This document shows, in pieces, positions 52,726 to 61,744 of a stretch of DNA of 64,000 bases (position 1 is its first letter; each line of letters opens with the position of its first letter). The position numbers and the translations under genes were made by a program. The DNA comes from Maritalea sp. Lineage in GTDB: Bacteria > Pseudomonadota > Alphaproteobacteria > Rhizobiales > Devosiaceae. The notes below the pieces were generated by a model, which worked only from the letters and a program-made list of their open reading frames with translations, did no database searches and was not told the origin of the DNA. The stretch is taken from assembly GCF_051251695.1 (NCBI RefSeq), contig NZ_JBPOEU010000013.1, forward strand, positions 37,924-101,923, read 5' to 3'.

Positions 52726-53784
52726 ATGCGCATGTCGTCAATTGATCTCACCTCTTCGGCTCCCAACGCATACGCTAAATTGCGTCCGGTACGCATCTGG
52801 CTTTATGTGATGGCGTTGCTTGTCTTGCTCATGGTGGTCGTTGGCGGGGCGACACGTCTCACAGATTCTGGCCTATCCATTACCCAATGGAAGCCGATTT
52901 CAGGCACCATCCCACCCTTGAATATCCAAGACTGGACCGCAGAGTTTGAAGCATACAAGCAAATTCCAGAATATCAGCAGATCAACAAGGGCATGTCGCT
53001 TGAAGAGTTCAAGGGCATCTTTTGGTGGGAATGGGGCCACCGCTTCCTTGGCCGTATAATTGGTTTGGCATTCCTATTTCCATTTTTGGTGTTTTTGTTT
53101 CAAAAGCGCCTGAATTGGAAATTGGCACCCGCACTGGCGACTTTGTTTTTCTTGGGCGGGTTTCAAGGGTTCTTAGGCTGGTGGATGGTGTCCTCAGGCC
53201 TTAGCAATCGGGTCGACGTTTCTCAATATCGCCTAGCCGCGCATCTAGGTGCAGCGTGTATCTTGTTGATGGCCTTGATCTGGGTCGCGCGTAGGCTAAG
53301 AGAACCAACAGTGATTTGGGTTCAAAAGGGTTGGCCTTTATTGGTGTCCGGGTTGGGCATCCTTGTTTTTGTTCAAATCATCGCAGGCGCGTTTGTTGCA
53401 GGGCTAGATGCAGGCTTTTCCCATAATACATGGCCGCTTATGGACGGGAAGTTCGTTCCTGACGGTATGTTGATGCTCGTGCCGTCTTGGCTAAACCTAT
53501 TTGAAAACATCATCACGGTGCAATTCTCTCACCGCATGCTTGCCTACTTCATATTTGCTGTGGTGGTTGGTCTAACATGGCATGGGTGGGTCAAAACTCA
53601 GTTTGATGGGGTACACGGCTGGATGATCTCCATTGCCGTTTTGACCGTTCTCCAAGTGGTTCTCGGCATTTTGACGCTTATTTATGTGGTGCCAATTCAC
53701 TTAGCTCTGGCGCACCAGGCAACAGCGTTTATCTTAATGGCGACAATCATGGCCTATCTCGCTGATATGTCTCATCAAAATTAG
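52726..53784 (+). CDS. ctaA: Heme A synthase (COX15/CtaA)
   Basis: GGATRLTDSGLSITQWKP, EWGHR.LGR, RLAAHL, QF.HR and HQ motifs. Start is 52726 or 52732. Confidence 0.93.
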   Translation: MRMSSIDLTSSAPNAYAKLRPVRIWLYVMALLVLLMVVVGGATRLTDSGLSITQWKPISGTIPPLNIQDWTAEFEAYKQIPEYQQINKGMSLEEFKGIFWWEWGHRFLGRIIGLAFLFPFLVFLFQKRLNWKLAPALATLFFLGGFQGFLGWWMVSSGLSNRVDVSQYRLAAHLGAACILLMALIWVARRLREPTVIWVQKGWPLLVSGLGILVFVQIIAGAFVAGLDAGFSHNTWPLMDGKFVPDGMLMLVPSWLNLFENIITVQFSHRMLAYFIFAVVVGLTWHGWVKTQFDGVHGWMISIAVLTVLQVVLGILTLIYVVPIHLALAHQATAFILMATIMAYLADMSHQN

Positions 53785-53841
53785 CGGTATTCAAATACCT
53801 CATTACTAAGTTATTGAAAAACAATAATAAAAACTTTGTGC

Positions 53842-53870
53842 TTGACGAGGAGTGTAATCTTGTCTAAATC
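53842..53870 (+). promoter_or_regulatory. Putative sigma70 promoter of rplM-rpsI
   Basis: TTGACG-N17-TAAATC. Confidence 0.5.
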
Positions 53871-53938
53871 GCACGACGAACGGGGTGAACTTTGGGAAAC
53901 GCTCAAAGTCTCAATCCTACCAATTCAAGGAATTTGAA

Positions 53939-54403
53939 ATGAAGACGTACTCGGCAAAACCGAGCGAGATCGAGAAAAAATGGATCTTGATCGACGCTGA
54001 AGAGGTGGTTGTTGGCCGCCTTGCAGCTTTCATCGCAACACGTTTGCGTGGCAAGCACAAACCAACATTCACACCGCACATGGATTGTGGCGATAATGTT
54101 ATTGTTATCAATGCTGACAAAGTGAAATACACCGGCAAGAAGATGGACGACAAAATCTTCTACTGGCACACAAATCACCCTGGCGGTATTAAAGAGCGTT
54201 CAATGCGCGATCTTCTTGAAGGTCGTTTTCCTGAACGTGTGTTGGAAAAAGCTATTGAGCGTATGATGCCTGGTGGTCCATTGACTCGTGCGCAGTTGAA
54301 AAACTTGCGCGTCTATGGCGGTACAGAGCACCCACACGAAGCCCAAAGTCCAGAAGTAATGGACGTGGCATCTATCAACCCTAAAAACAAGCGGGTGAAG
54401 TAA
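53939..54403 (+). CDS. rplM: 50S ribosomal protein L13
   Basis: MKTYSAK...W.LIDA...GRLA and [16 protein letters not shown]. Confidence 0.98.
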   Translation: MKTYSAKPSEIEKKWILIDAEEVVVGRLAAFIATRLRGKHKPTFTPHMDCGDNVIVINADKVKYTGKKMDDKIFYWHTNHPGGIKERSMRDLLEGRFPERVLEKAIERMMPGGPLTRAQLKNLRVYGGTEHPHEAQSPEVMDVASINPKNKRVK

Positions 54404-54404
54404 C

Positions 54405-54893
54405 ATGGCTGAACAAGAGACCATCAACTCGCTCGAAGAATTGGGCGAAGCTACAGTTGTAACGACTGAAAATGACGCGCCTGTTTATGAGCAAAAGCTT
54501 GACGCACAAGGCCGCGCATATGCAACCGGCAAGCGTAAAGATGCTGTTGCTCGTGTTTGGATTAAACCAGGTTCAGGCAAGATCACAATCAATGGCCGCG
54601 ATATGCCTGTTTATTTTGCACGTCCTGTGTTGCAAATGGTTGTACAACAGCCGGTGATTGCTGCTGAACGTAAAGATCAGTACGACGTTGTCGCTACTGT
54701 TTCTGGCGGCGGTCTATCTGGCCAAGCTGGTGCAGTACGTCACGGTATTTCTAAAGCGCTTACACATTTTGAACCTGCGCTTCGTCCTGTCTTGAAAAAA
54801 GGCGGCTTCCTAACACGCGATAGTCGTGTTGTTGAACGTAAGAAATTCGGTCGCGCAAAAGCTCGTCGTTCTTTCCAGTTCTCAAAGCGCTAA
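54405..54893 (+). CDS. rpsI: 30S ribosomal protein S9
   Basis: [21 protein letters not shown] and C-terminal [10 protein letters not shown]. Confidence 0.98.
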   Translation: MAEQETINSLEELGEATVVTTENDAPVYEQKLDAQGRAYATGKRKDAVARVWIKPGSGKITINGRDMPVYFARPVLQMVVQQPVIAAERKDQYDVVATVSGGGLSGQAGAVRHGISKALTHFEPALRPVLKKGGFLTRDSRVVERKKFGRAKARRSFQFSKR

Positions 54894-54919
54894 TTTTCAA
54901 AGCACTTTTCTTGCTTTTT

Positions 54920-54950
54920 AAAAGGGTCGGCATTCGCTGGCCCTTTTTTT
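54920..54950 (+). terminator. Terminator of rplM-rpsI
   Basis: AAAAGGGTCGGC-ATTC-GCTGGCCCTTTTTTT. Confidence 0.88.
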
Positions 54951-55039
54951 GTTTTATGTATCAAATATCAACAACCTGTTCTTGCGAGTTGCATTTTGAA
55001 GCGCTAGCCTAAAACTCTTCAAACATTTAGGTTTCCATT

Positions 55040-55921
55040 TTGACACAGTCCCAACCCCTTAAGGCCGCCTATTGGATGGTCGGTGCAATGTCTTCTTTTT
55101 CCCTTATGGCCATTGCGGGTAGGGAACTTGGTGGTCGGCTCGATACATTTGAGATCATGATGTATCGCTCATTTTTGGGCGTCATCATCGTGTTGACTGT
55201 GGCAAAGTTTGCCGGGACGTTAGGCGACATCGGATTTTCAAAATTTCGTCTACATTTGATACGGAACAGCTGCCATTTCGTGGGGCAGAACCTGTGGTTT
55301 TACGCGGTCACGATTGTTCCGCTGTCTCAACTATTTGCATTTGAGTTTTCCTCACCTCTGTGGGTCGTGCTTCTAGCGCCTATATTTCTGGGTGAGCGCC
55401 TAACGCCAACCAAAATCTTTGCCGCCATATTAGGGTTCACAGGCATCTTAATCGTAGCTCGTCCTGACAACATTATCGTCGACCCTGCCATCATTGCCGC
55501 TGCGACATGCGCTATCTTTTTCGCAGGTACGACAATGGCGACCAAAAAGCTTACCGGCACGCAATCAACAACTGCTATTCTGTTTTGGCTGGTTGTCATG
55601 CATTCGGTTCTTGGTGCCGCATCCGCTGGTTTTGATGGCCAAATCGCCATCCCTGAAGGCGTTGAAATCCTGCTCGTTGCCTTGATCGGCGTGTGTGGGC
55701 TGCTGGCGCATTTCTGCATAACAAATGCACTCAATCTGGCACCCGCTACCGTCGTGACACCGCTAGAGTTCGTCCGGTTGCCATTGATCGCTTTCATTGG
55801 ATTTGTGCTCTATCAGGAAGCGTTTGAATGGCCTGTTATTCTTGGCGCTGTGCTTGTGTTGGTTGCTAACATCGTCAATATTATGAGTGAAAATGCGAAG
55901 AACAAGAGACAGGCTATATAG
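55040..55921 (+). CDS. DMT/EamA-family transporter (TTG start)
   Basis: About ten TM helices; two EamA repeats (F..P....LA..FLGE; A..V.P..F..L). Confidence 0.85.
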   Translation: MTQSQPLKAAYWMVGAMSSFSLMAIAGRELGGRLDTFEIMMYRSFLGVIIVLTVAKFAGTLGDIGFSKFRLHLIRNSCHFVGQNLWFYAVTIVPLSQLFAFEFSSPLWVVLLAPIFLGERLTPTKIFAAILGFTGILIVARPDNIIVDPAIIAAATCAIFFAGTTMATKKLTGTQSTTAILFWLVVMHSVLGAASAGFDGQIAIPEGVEILLVALIGVCGLLAHFCITNALNLAPATVVTPLEFVRLPLIAFIGFVLYQEAFEWPVILGAVLVLVANIVNIMSENAKNKRQAI

Positions 55922-55969
55922 CGTAAAACCCGAGTTAAGCTCGCACATTCGCAACCATTTAAGGTCTAT

Positions 55970-56644
55970 ATGCGCCAACAACCGACAATAGTTTTTGACC
56001 TAGATGGAACGCTTGCTGACACGCTAAGTGACCTTGTTGCAGCGCTAAATCGCACGCTTGCCCTTCACAAAGTGAAGAGCGTCGAGGCAACCCAAGTTGG
56101 GTTCATGACCGGCAGAGGAGGGCTAAGAGCGATGATCATGCATGCCATCCAGCAAGCGGGCATGCCGATAAACCAAGAATTAATCGAAGAACTGTTCATC
56201 GAGAGCATCATTGACTATCAGCAGAATATGTCTGTTGAGACAGCCTTGTATCCCGGTGTTAATGACAGCCTCCAGCGATTCTCAGACAAAGGATGGTTGC
56301 TTGGAGTTTGTACAAACAAGCCGATTGAACTTGCAGAGAAATTGTTACTTGAACTGGAAATCGACCAACTGTTCTCAGCTGTCACTGGCGTTGGTAGTTT
56401 TAAATTCAAAAAACCGGATCCCAGACACTTGATACGCACAGTGGAACTGGCTGGCGGAAATTGCTCAAAGGCGATCATGGTCGGTGACACGCAAAACGAC
56501 ATACTCACCGCACAACGCGCGAATATTCCCGTAATTGCAGTCGACTTTGGATATTCTGAGCATCCCATACAGACTTATGGTCCTGATCATGTGATATCCA
56601 ATTTTGAAAACCTATTTTGCGTGGCCGATAAGTTGATCGGCTAA
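55970..56644 (+). CDS. HAD-family hydrolase, phosphoglycolate-phosphatase-like
   Basis: FDLDGTL.DT, CTNKP, KKPDP and MVGDT.ND motifs. Confidence 0.88.
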   Translation: MRQQPTIVFDLDGTLADTLSDLVAALNRTLALHKVKSVEATQVGFMTGRGGLRAMIMHAIQQAGMPINQELIEELFIESIIDYQQNMSVETALYPGVNDSLQRFSDKGWLLGVCTNKPIELAEKLLLELEIDQLFSAVTGVGSFKFKKPDPRHLIRTVELAGGNCSKAIMVGDTQNDILTAQRANIPVIAVDFGYSEHPIQTYGPDHVISNFENLFCVADKLIG

Positions 56645-56687
56645 TTGGCCTCAAACACCACCTCTCAGACAATTTAGGCTTCACCGC

Positions 56688-56735
56688 TTGACTCTATTTA
56701 GATTAGTATCTAATTAGATGATATTCGAAATAGAT
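56688..56735 (+). promoter_or_regulatory. Promoter/operator of the sdpR-sdpI-like operon
   Basis: TTGACT at 56688-93, followed by TTAGAT-TAGT-ATCTAA (56698-713), TTAGAT-GATA-TTCGAA (56714-29) and an ATAGAT half-site; 16-bp periodicity. Confidence 0.65.
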
Positions 56736-56743
56736 GAGTGGTC

Positions 56744-57013
56744 ATGAATTCTGTCTTTGAAGCTTTGTCGCACCCCGTGCGGCGCAAAATTGTGAAAACC
56801 CTCAAGCAGGGGCCAAAATCGGCGGGTGAGTTGGCGGGTATGTTTGACCTGACCAAGCCAACCATCTCGTCCCATTTCGCAAAGCTAAAAAAGGCCGAAC
56901 TTGTGCGCACCACGAGACAGGGCAATTCCATTCTGTATCACCTCAACGCATCAGTTTTGGAGACGGCGTTAAGCGATTTGCTCGATTTTAGTGAAGGGAA
57001 CAAAGATGATTAG
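56744..57013 (+). CDS. ArsR/SmtB-family autorepressor (SdpR-like)
   Basis: FEALSHPVRRKI...L..G..SAGELA..F..TKPTISSHF..LK.A.LV...R.G..I.Y.LN.SVLE; translationally coupled to an SdpI-like gene. Confidence 0.85.
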   Translation: MNSVFEALSHPVRRKIVKTLKQGPKSAGELAGMFDLTKPTISSHFAKLKKAELVRTTRQGNSILYHLNASVLETALSDLLDFSEGNKDD

Positions 57014-57659
57014 AGTTTTTTCGCCACTAAACGTGGCCATGTTGACCGCTATTGGCTTGGCGTTCGGGTACGGTTGGTTCAACATTCCATTGGATAAACA
57101 AGTGGCGGTTCATTGGGATATTTTCGGTCAGCCCGATAGTCTTATGGCAGCATCATACGCGCTTCTGATCGCGCCCATTGGAGCTTCACTCATTGTCATA
57201 GGCGCGATGGCTTACAACGCGCGCATATCTCAAAATGAGCAGGCAGCGGGTAAATCTTTGGTAAATGCAAGCGTCACAATCGCTTTTGCCGCCATGTGTT
57301 TCGCGCAGCTTATGATCGTCATTCAGGCGAGCGGGCCGGGGCTTGATATCACACGGTTTGGCACCCTATTCGTTGGTTTTGTGCTGCTCATTATTGGCAA
57401 TTACCTTCCAAAATCACAGCGCAATAAATGGTCCGGAATTCGAACCAAATGGACGTTGAGTTCCGAAGATAATTGGACAAAGACCCATCAATTTGCAGGC
57501 AGGATATTTATGTTGGCGGGCCTCGCGGCGGTGCTTGTTGGGGTGATCGGTATCCCGGCACCTTACAATCTCGGTATCGCAATTTTTTGCTTGGCAGCAA
57601 GCACCATCGCGTCAATTGCATATAGCTACCTCATTCGCGAAAGCGCAGGTGCCGAGTAA
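57006..57659 (+). CDS. SdpI-family membrane immunity protein (DUF1648 plus SdpI)
   Basis: VAVHWDI.GQPD and IGNYLPK..RN..SGIRT.WTLSSE.NW.KTH..AG motifs. Confidence 0.85.
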   Translation: MIRVFSPLNVAMLTAIGLAFGYGWFNIPLDKQVAVHWDIFGQPDSLMAASYALLIAPIGASLIVIGAMAYNARISQNEQAAGKSLVNASVTIAFAAMCFAQLMIVIQASGPGLDITRFGTLFVGFVLLIIGNYLPKSQRNKWSGIRTKWTLSSEDNWTKTHQFAGRIFMLAGLAAVLVGVIGIPAPYNLGIAIFCLAASTIASIAYSYLIRESAGAE

Positions 57660-57682
57660 GTGTTGCAGCTAAAGTGGTGCCG

Positions 57683-58975
57683 CTATCGCGCGGCACTGCC
57701 TTTTCCCAACGAAATCGGCTGGTAATTGGCAATCACATCACCAATTATGTCGCAAGCACGCTCACGGCCATCTTCCGCACGCAGCTTTGCAGCCATATTC
57801 TCGGCGCTATTTTTGAATTCTTCATTGGTTGCCAATTGGCGCAAAGCGTAGGCCAAATCATCGGATGTTAGCTTGCGCAACGCCACAGGCTTTGGGCCAC
57901 AGCCAAGCACATGTATCCGACGACCCCAAAATGGCTGATCCATTGTTTGCGGCACGACAAAAGTTGGCTTGCCAGCGTGAAGCCCAGCAGATGTGGTGCC
58001 CGCGCCGCCATGATGCACGACGCCACGCACATATTTGAACAGCTTGTCATGCGGCGCGCGACGAATGGCGTAGATCGTATCAGGCAAGTCTTCCGGGTTT
58101 ATACCGCCCCAACCACGCCCAACAACAACACGGCCCCCCCATTTAGCAACGGCGTCTTTCAGTATCTGCGTATTCCGCTCAGCACCAAATGGCATCGACC
58201 CAAAGCCGACATAAATCGGCTCGGAGCCATTGGCCAAAAATTCTTTAAAACTGTCGCTTGGTTCCCAGTCAGCTTGGTCTTTTAACTGCCAGTAGCCAGT
58301 GACGTGGGCGGTTTTGGGCCAATCGTCCGGTCGATGGCTAACTTGGGATGAATAGGCGTAAAGCGCAGGCAGATCATGCCCGTGATTGTCCTTGAAAAAC
58401 CCGCCCTTTTTGCGTGGTTCCATGCCCATCAACGATTTGCGCAATTTATTGCGCGGCCAATCATAAAACATCTGCTGCCAGTTCATCGGCGCATGAGAAA
58501 TATAATTGAATGCTGGGCCCAAATCGGGACCGTCATAAGCAACAATTGGGAATTCGCTGGTCGCAGTAAGAGGCTGCAGCGCCGACATGATCACCGGAAT
58601 GTCCAACGCTTCGCCGATATCGATGCAAAAGGTGGTGTTCATATTTGCCATCAGCAAATCGGCACCCTGGGCCATTTCCCATGAACGGCGCGCGGCAATT
58701 TCCACAATCTTTTGGCCCTGGCGCATCAGTTTTGGCGCGCTCGTCAGTAGTGTTTTGGTGACGACTTCATCCAAGTTGGATTGTTTTACAAAGGCTTGAA
58801 TGTTTCGACCAAGCGAGAAAAATTCGAGACCTGCGGTCTCAATCATCTCTTTAAAGTCGTTGGGCGCACCCAGAACAACCGAATATCCTCGATCCCGAAG
58901 AGCAACTGCCAGCGCAACATATGGCTGGACATCACCTTGCGTGCCGATCGTGGCGATCGCAATGCGTTTTGCCAT
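57683..58975 (-). CDS. GT1/GT28-N glycosyltransferase, sterol-glucosyltransferase-like
   Basis: GTQGDVQPY..LA, P.DWP...HVTGYW, YVGFGSM, VVHHGGAGTT.AGL and DQPFWG motifs. ATG 58975 is preferred. Confidence 0.85.
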   Translation of the reverse strand: MAKRIAIATIGTQGDVQPYVALAVALRDRGYSVVLGAPNDFKEMIETAGLEFFSLGRNIQAFVKQSNLDEVVTKTLLTSAPKLMRQGQKIVEIAARRSWEMAQGADLLMANMNTTFCIDIGEALDIPVIMSALQPLTATSEFPIVAYDGPDLGPAFNYISHAPMNWQQMFYDWPRNKLRKSLMGMEPRKKGGFFKDNHGHDLPALYAYSSQVSHRPDDWPKTAHVTGYWQLKDQADWEPSDSFKEFLANGSEPIYVGFGSMPFGAERNTQILKDAVAKWGGRVVVGRGWGGINPEDLPDTIYAIRRAPHDKLFKYVRGVVHHGGAGTTSAGLHAGKPTFVVPQTMDQPFWGRRIHVLGCGPKPVALRKLTSDDLAYALRQLATNEEFKNSAENMAAKLRAEDGRERACDIIGDVIANYQPISLGKGSAAR

Positions 58976-59118
58976 CAAAACCTCACTTCCTATAACTCCA
59001 CAGCGCTTTTGAAGCGCCGCGCCCAAACATCGAACCATTTACAACACCATGCGGCGCAGATAGAACAGCGCAATTGGACACATTTGTTTCGCATAATCAA
59101 CCAAAGAGGGCAAGTATC

Positions 59119-60171
59119 ATGAGCCAGAAGCTCAACGCCGCACTGCTGGGTGCATCCGGATATACGGGTGCTGATTTGATGCGATTAGGTGTCTTACATC
59201 CACATGTTCAATTTAAGGCCCTAACTGCAAACACCCATGCGGGCAAAGCCGTAGAGGACGTGTTTCCGCACTTAGGTGGGGTTGAATTGCCAACTTTGCA
59301 ACGGGCAGAAGAGCTAGATTGGGCAGAATTTGACGTTATTTTTTGCGGGTTGCCACACGCAACGAGCCAAAAAATTGTAAGTGAAATCATTACAAAAACC
59401 GACCGGCCCAAGATTGTGGATATGTCCGCTGACTTTCGCTTGAGAGACCCGGCGCAGTATAAAAACTGGTACGGCAATGACCATATTGACCCAAAACTGC
59501 AAGAAATCGCTGCCTACGGACTGACGGAACACAATCGCGACGCGATTCGGGAGAAGCGGATCATCGCTTGCCCTGGCTGTTACCCCACCGCTGTTCTGTT
59601 GGCATTGTTGCCCTTGGCCAAAGCCAATTTGATCAATGTGGACGCGATCATTGTGGATGCGAAATCCGGCGTAACTGGCGCGGGTAGGGGACTGAAACAA
59701 AATACACTCGCCGCCGAAGCAGGGGAAAGTCTTTCTCCTTATGCCGTCGGCGCCCATCGCCATACTGCCGAGTTGGAACAAGAACTCGGCGCCGTCGCCG
59801 GCAAAGAGATCAAAGTCAATTTCACCCCCCACCTTATCCCTATGAGTCGGGGCGAATTGATCACTGCGCACTTAGAGCTATCGAATGGCAAAACCGCGGC
59901 CGATTTGCGCAGTGCGCTTGAAACGGCTTATTCGAACGAGCCTTTTGTTAGGGTGTTGAGCGAAGGCAAAATGCCCTCAACCGGCATGGTGCGCGGCTCT
60001 AATTCGTGCGTTATCAATGTGTTTGAAGACCGCATTCCGGGTAGAGCAATAGTGATCGCCGCGCTTGATAATTTGGTCAAGGGTAGTGCCGGGCAGGCGC
60101 TACAAAACTTCAACGTCGCGTTCGGTTTTGAAGAAACAACAGGCTTAAGCCAACAACCAATGTTCCCTTAA
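59119..60171 (+). CDS. argC: N-acetyl-gamma-glutamyl-phosphate reductase
   Basis: GASGYTG, LPH, PGCYPT, SG.TGAGR and DNLVKG.AGQA motifs. Confidence 0.96.
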   Translation: MSQKLNAALLGASGYTGADLMRLGVLHPHVQFKALTANTHAGKAVEDVFPHLGGVELPTLQRAEELDWAEFDVIFCGLPHATSQKIVSEIITKTDRPKIVDMSADFRLRDPAQYKNWYGNDHIDPKLQEIAAYGLTEHNRDAIREKRIIACPGCYPTAVLLALLPLAKANLINVDAIIVDAKSGVTGAGRGLKQNTLAAEAGESLSPYAVGAHRHTAELEQELGAVAGKEIKVNFTPHLIPMSRGELITAHLELSNGKTAADLRSALETAYSNEPFVRVLSEGKMPSTGMVRGSNSCVINVFEDRIPGRAIVIAALDNLVKGSAGQALQNFNVAFGFEETTGLSQQPMFP

Positions 60172-60232
60172 GTTCAATTGCTTACCACTCAAAGCAGAAT
60201 CATTTTGGCAACATCTTGAATCATTTTGTGAA

Positions 60233-60387
60233 CAGCGCTAACCTTTCAAAAGGTTCAGCGCTGCCTGCTGCGTGCGTCCCGTTGGGATTGGTGAAAGCGC
60301 TTTCTGTACTTTGCAAATCGTCAATCATTGCGACGATGTGTTGGCAATGCACGCACTGACAAATTGATCGTCGCCAATGGGACGAAT
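60233..60387 (+). other. Candidate structured cis-regulatory leader upstream of the PF20066-like gene
   Basis: Hairpin CAGCGCT-AACCTT/AAGGTT-C-AGCGCTG (60233-63), hairpin ATCGTC/GACGAT, and an 11-bp pairing of 60275-85 with 60374-84 that covers the RBS region. Confidence 0.45.
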
Positions 60388-61074
60388 ATGTATACTGAAG
60401 AACAGATTAAGGGCTACGCGAAAGCCTTGCGCAACGCGCTGTCATCGCGAAATTCAGAATTTTCTCACTCAGATTGCTTGGAAATCATTGCAGAAACGGT
60501 CGGCGAGAAAAGCTGGAACCATCTGAGCGCAAATTTGCGGAAAACGCCCAATGAATGTCGAAATAACCAAATTCCCGACGGCTGGTCCTTTATTGGACGG
60601 GATCATCTGGAATGCTACAATGCTCGACTTGAAGGGGAGGCCCACGCCAAGGAAATGGTGATTGACTGCATCGAAGCGCGTGCCAACACGTTTGCTTCGC
60701 TTATGCAGTTCATTTCTGCAAAAACATATTTGGGAAGTCATATACGAATGGCCGCAGAAGTTGCGACGCGAAACGCTGGGCCCACAAGCCTGTGGATGCG
60801 CGTTGATGGAAAGCCGAATAGCACGCTCGCATTCGACAACATGGTCGACGTGGCGCCCTATCGAGCGCTCGAAGGCACCAACGAATGGACACCGCTAGAG
60901 CTGGTGCTGGACGTGCCCGACGGTGCAGATATCGTCAACTTTGGTTGTATGTTGTCTGGCAGCGGCATGGCCCGGTTTCGCAACATCAAGTTTGAAAAAG
61001 TGGACAATTCGGTCCCGGTGTCTGGTGGACGAAAATATGGTGGTGATGAACCAACAAACTTGGGACTGAACTAA
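60388..61074 (+). CDS. Fusion of a 'glyoxalase superfamily' N-terminal domain (PF20066-like) and a C-terminal beta-sandwich, CBM-like domain
   Basis: AKALR.AL......SHSDCLE.IA...G...WN.LSA at the N-terminus. The C-terminal LMQ.I.A..Y.G...R...LWMRVDG...LAFDNM....GT.EW....LVLDVP....FG..L.G.G is a domain type seen in AraC/peptidase fusions. Assignments are from pattern recall. Confidence 0.7.
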   Translation: MYTEEQIKGYAKALRNALSSRNSEFSHSDCLEIIAETVGEKSWNHLSANLRKTPNECRNNQIPDGWSFIGRDHLECYNARLEGEAHAKEMVIDCIEARANTFASLMQFISAKTYLGSHIRMAAEVATRNAGPTSLWMRVDGKPNSTLAFDNMVDVAPYRALEGTNEWTPLELVLDVPDGADIVNFGCMLSGSGMARFRNIKFEKVDNSVPVSGGRKYGGDEPTNLGLN

Positions 61075-61075
61075 T

Positions 61076-61597
61076 TCACCCAAACAAACTCAATTGCGGA
61101 AGCTCGGCGTTATCAACGGCGGGCTTTTCTGCTTTTTTCTTAGGCTTTGGTTTCGACGCTGGTTTCTCAATCGCTTGATTTGGTGTAATTTTTGCCTCTA
61201 GCGATTGAGATGAAATCATCGCCAGCACGTCGGCACTTAAGGTTTCAAGCAATTGCGCATATGCCGCTTTTCCTTGCACGCGAAGCGCTTCACCGCTTTT
61301 ACTTAGGATGAAATGTTTCGCCCGCGCATCGCGCTTGCACGGCTTTACCCGCACCAATTTGCGCTTTTCCAACTTGTCCATCATCGCACTGGCTGAAGCT
61401 TTGTTGACGCCCATAGCGGTTACCAAATCATGCAGATGCTGGCCGTGAAAATCATCAGCCGTGCTAAGTACTTCTTGTTCTTTGATTGCGCTTAAATATT
61501 CGAATTCGCTGTAACTTAGCCCCAGCGTCGAGCCATGTTTCATCCAGTGGCGATGGGCCTGCCGGTGCAGTGTTTCCAAATGATCGGCGATATTCAT
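61076..61597 (-). CDS. MarR-family regulator with a Lys/Pro-rich tail
   Basis: LS.SEFEYL, MGVNKASASAM..KLE.R.LV and DARAK...L...G motifs. Confidence 0.8.
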   Translation of the reverse strand: MNIADHLETLHRQAHRHWMKHGSTLGLSYSEFEYLSAIKEQEVLSTADDFHGQHLHDLVTAMGVNKASASAMMDKLEKRKLVRVKPCKRDARAKHFILSKSGEALRVQGKAAYAQLLETLSADVLAMISSQSLEAKITPNQAIEKPASKPKPKKKAEKPAVDNAELPQLSLFG

Positions 61598-61613
61598 ATG
61601 CAATCCAAAATTT

Positions 61614-61628
61614 GTACGGTTTCCGTAC
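61614..61628. promoter_or_regulatory. Palindrome upstream of marR (candidate autoregulatory operator)
   Basis: GTACGG-TTT-CCGTAC, 17 bp from the ATG. Confidence 0.45.
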
Positions 61629-61744
61629 TAACTTCAAATTAGCGTGGCACGTCAATCACTTGCTTGGGTAGAACTCCATCATAATGCAACTTATCAACCG
61701 CAAATCAAGTCATCGTTGCGCAATGACAAACTCTTCCAATAAGA

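Noticed and set aside
55040-55921. DMT transporter as a possible riboflavin importer RibN
   Set aside because: It shares only the generic EamA fold, with no FMN riboswitch or rib linkage.
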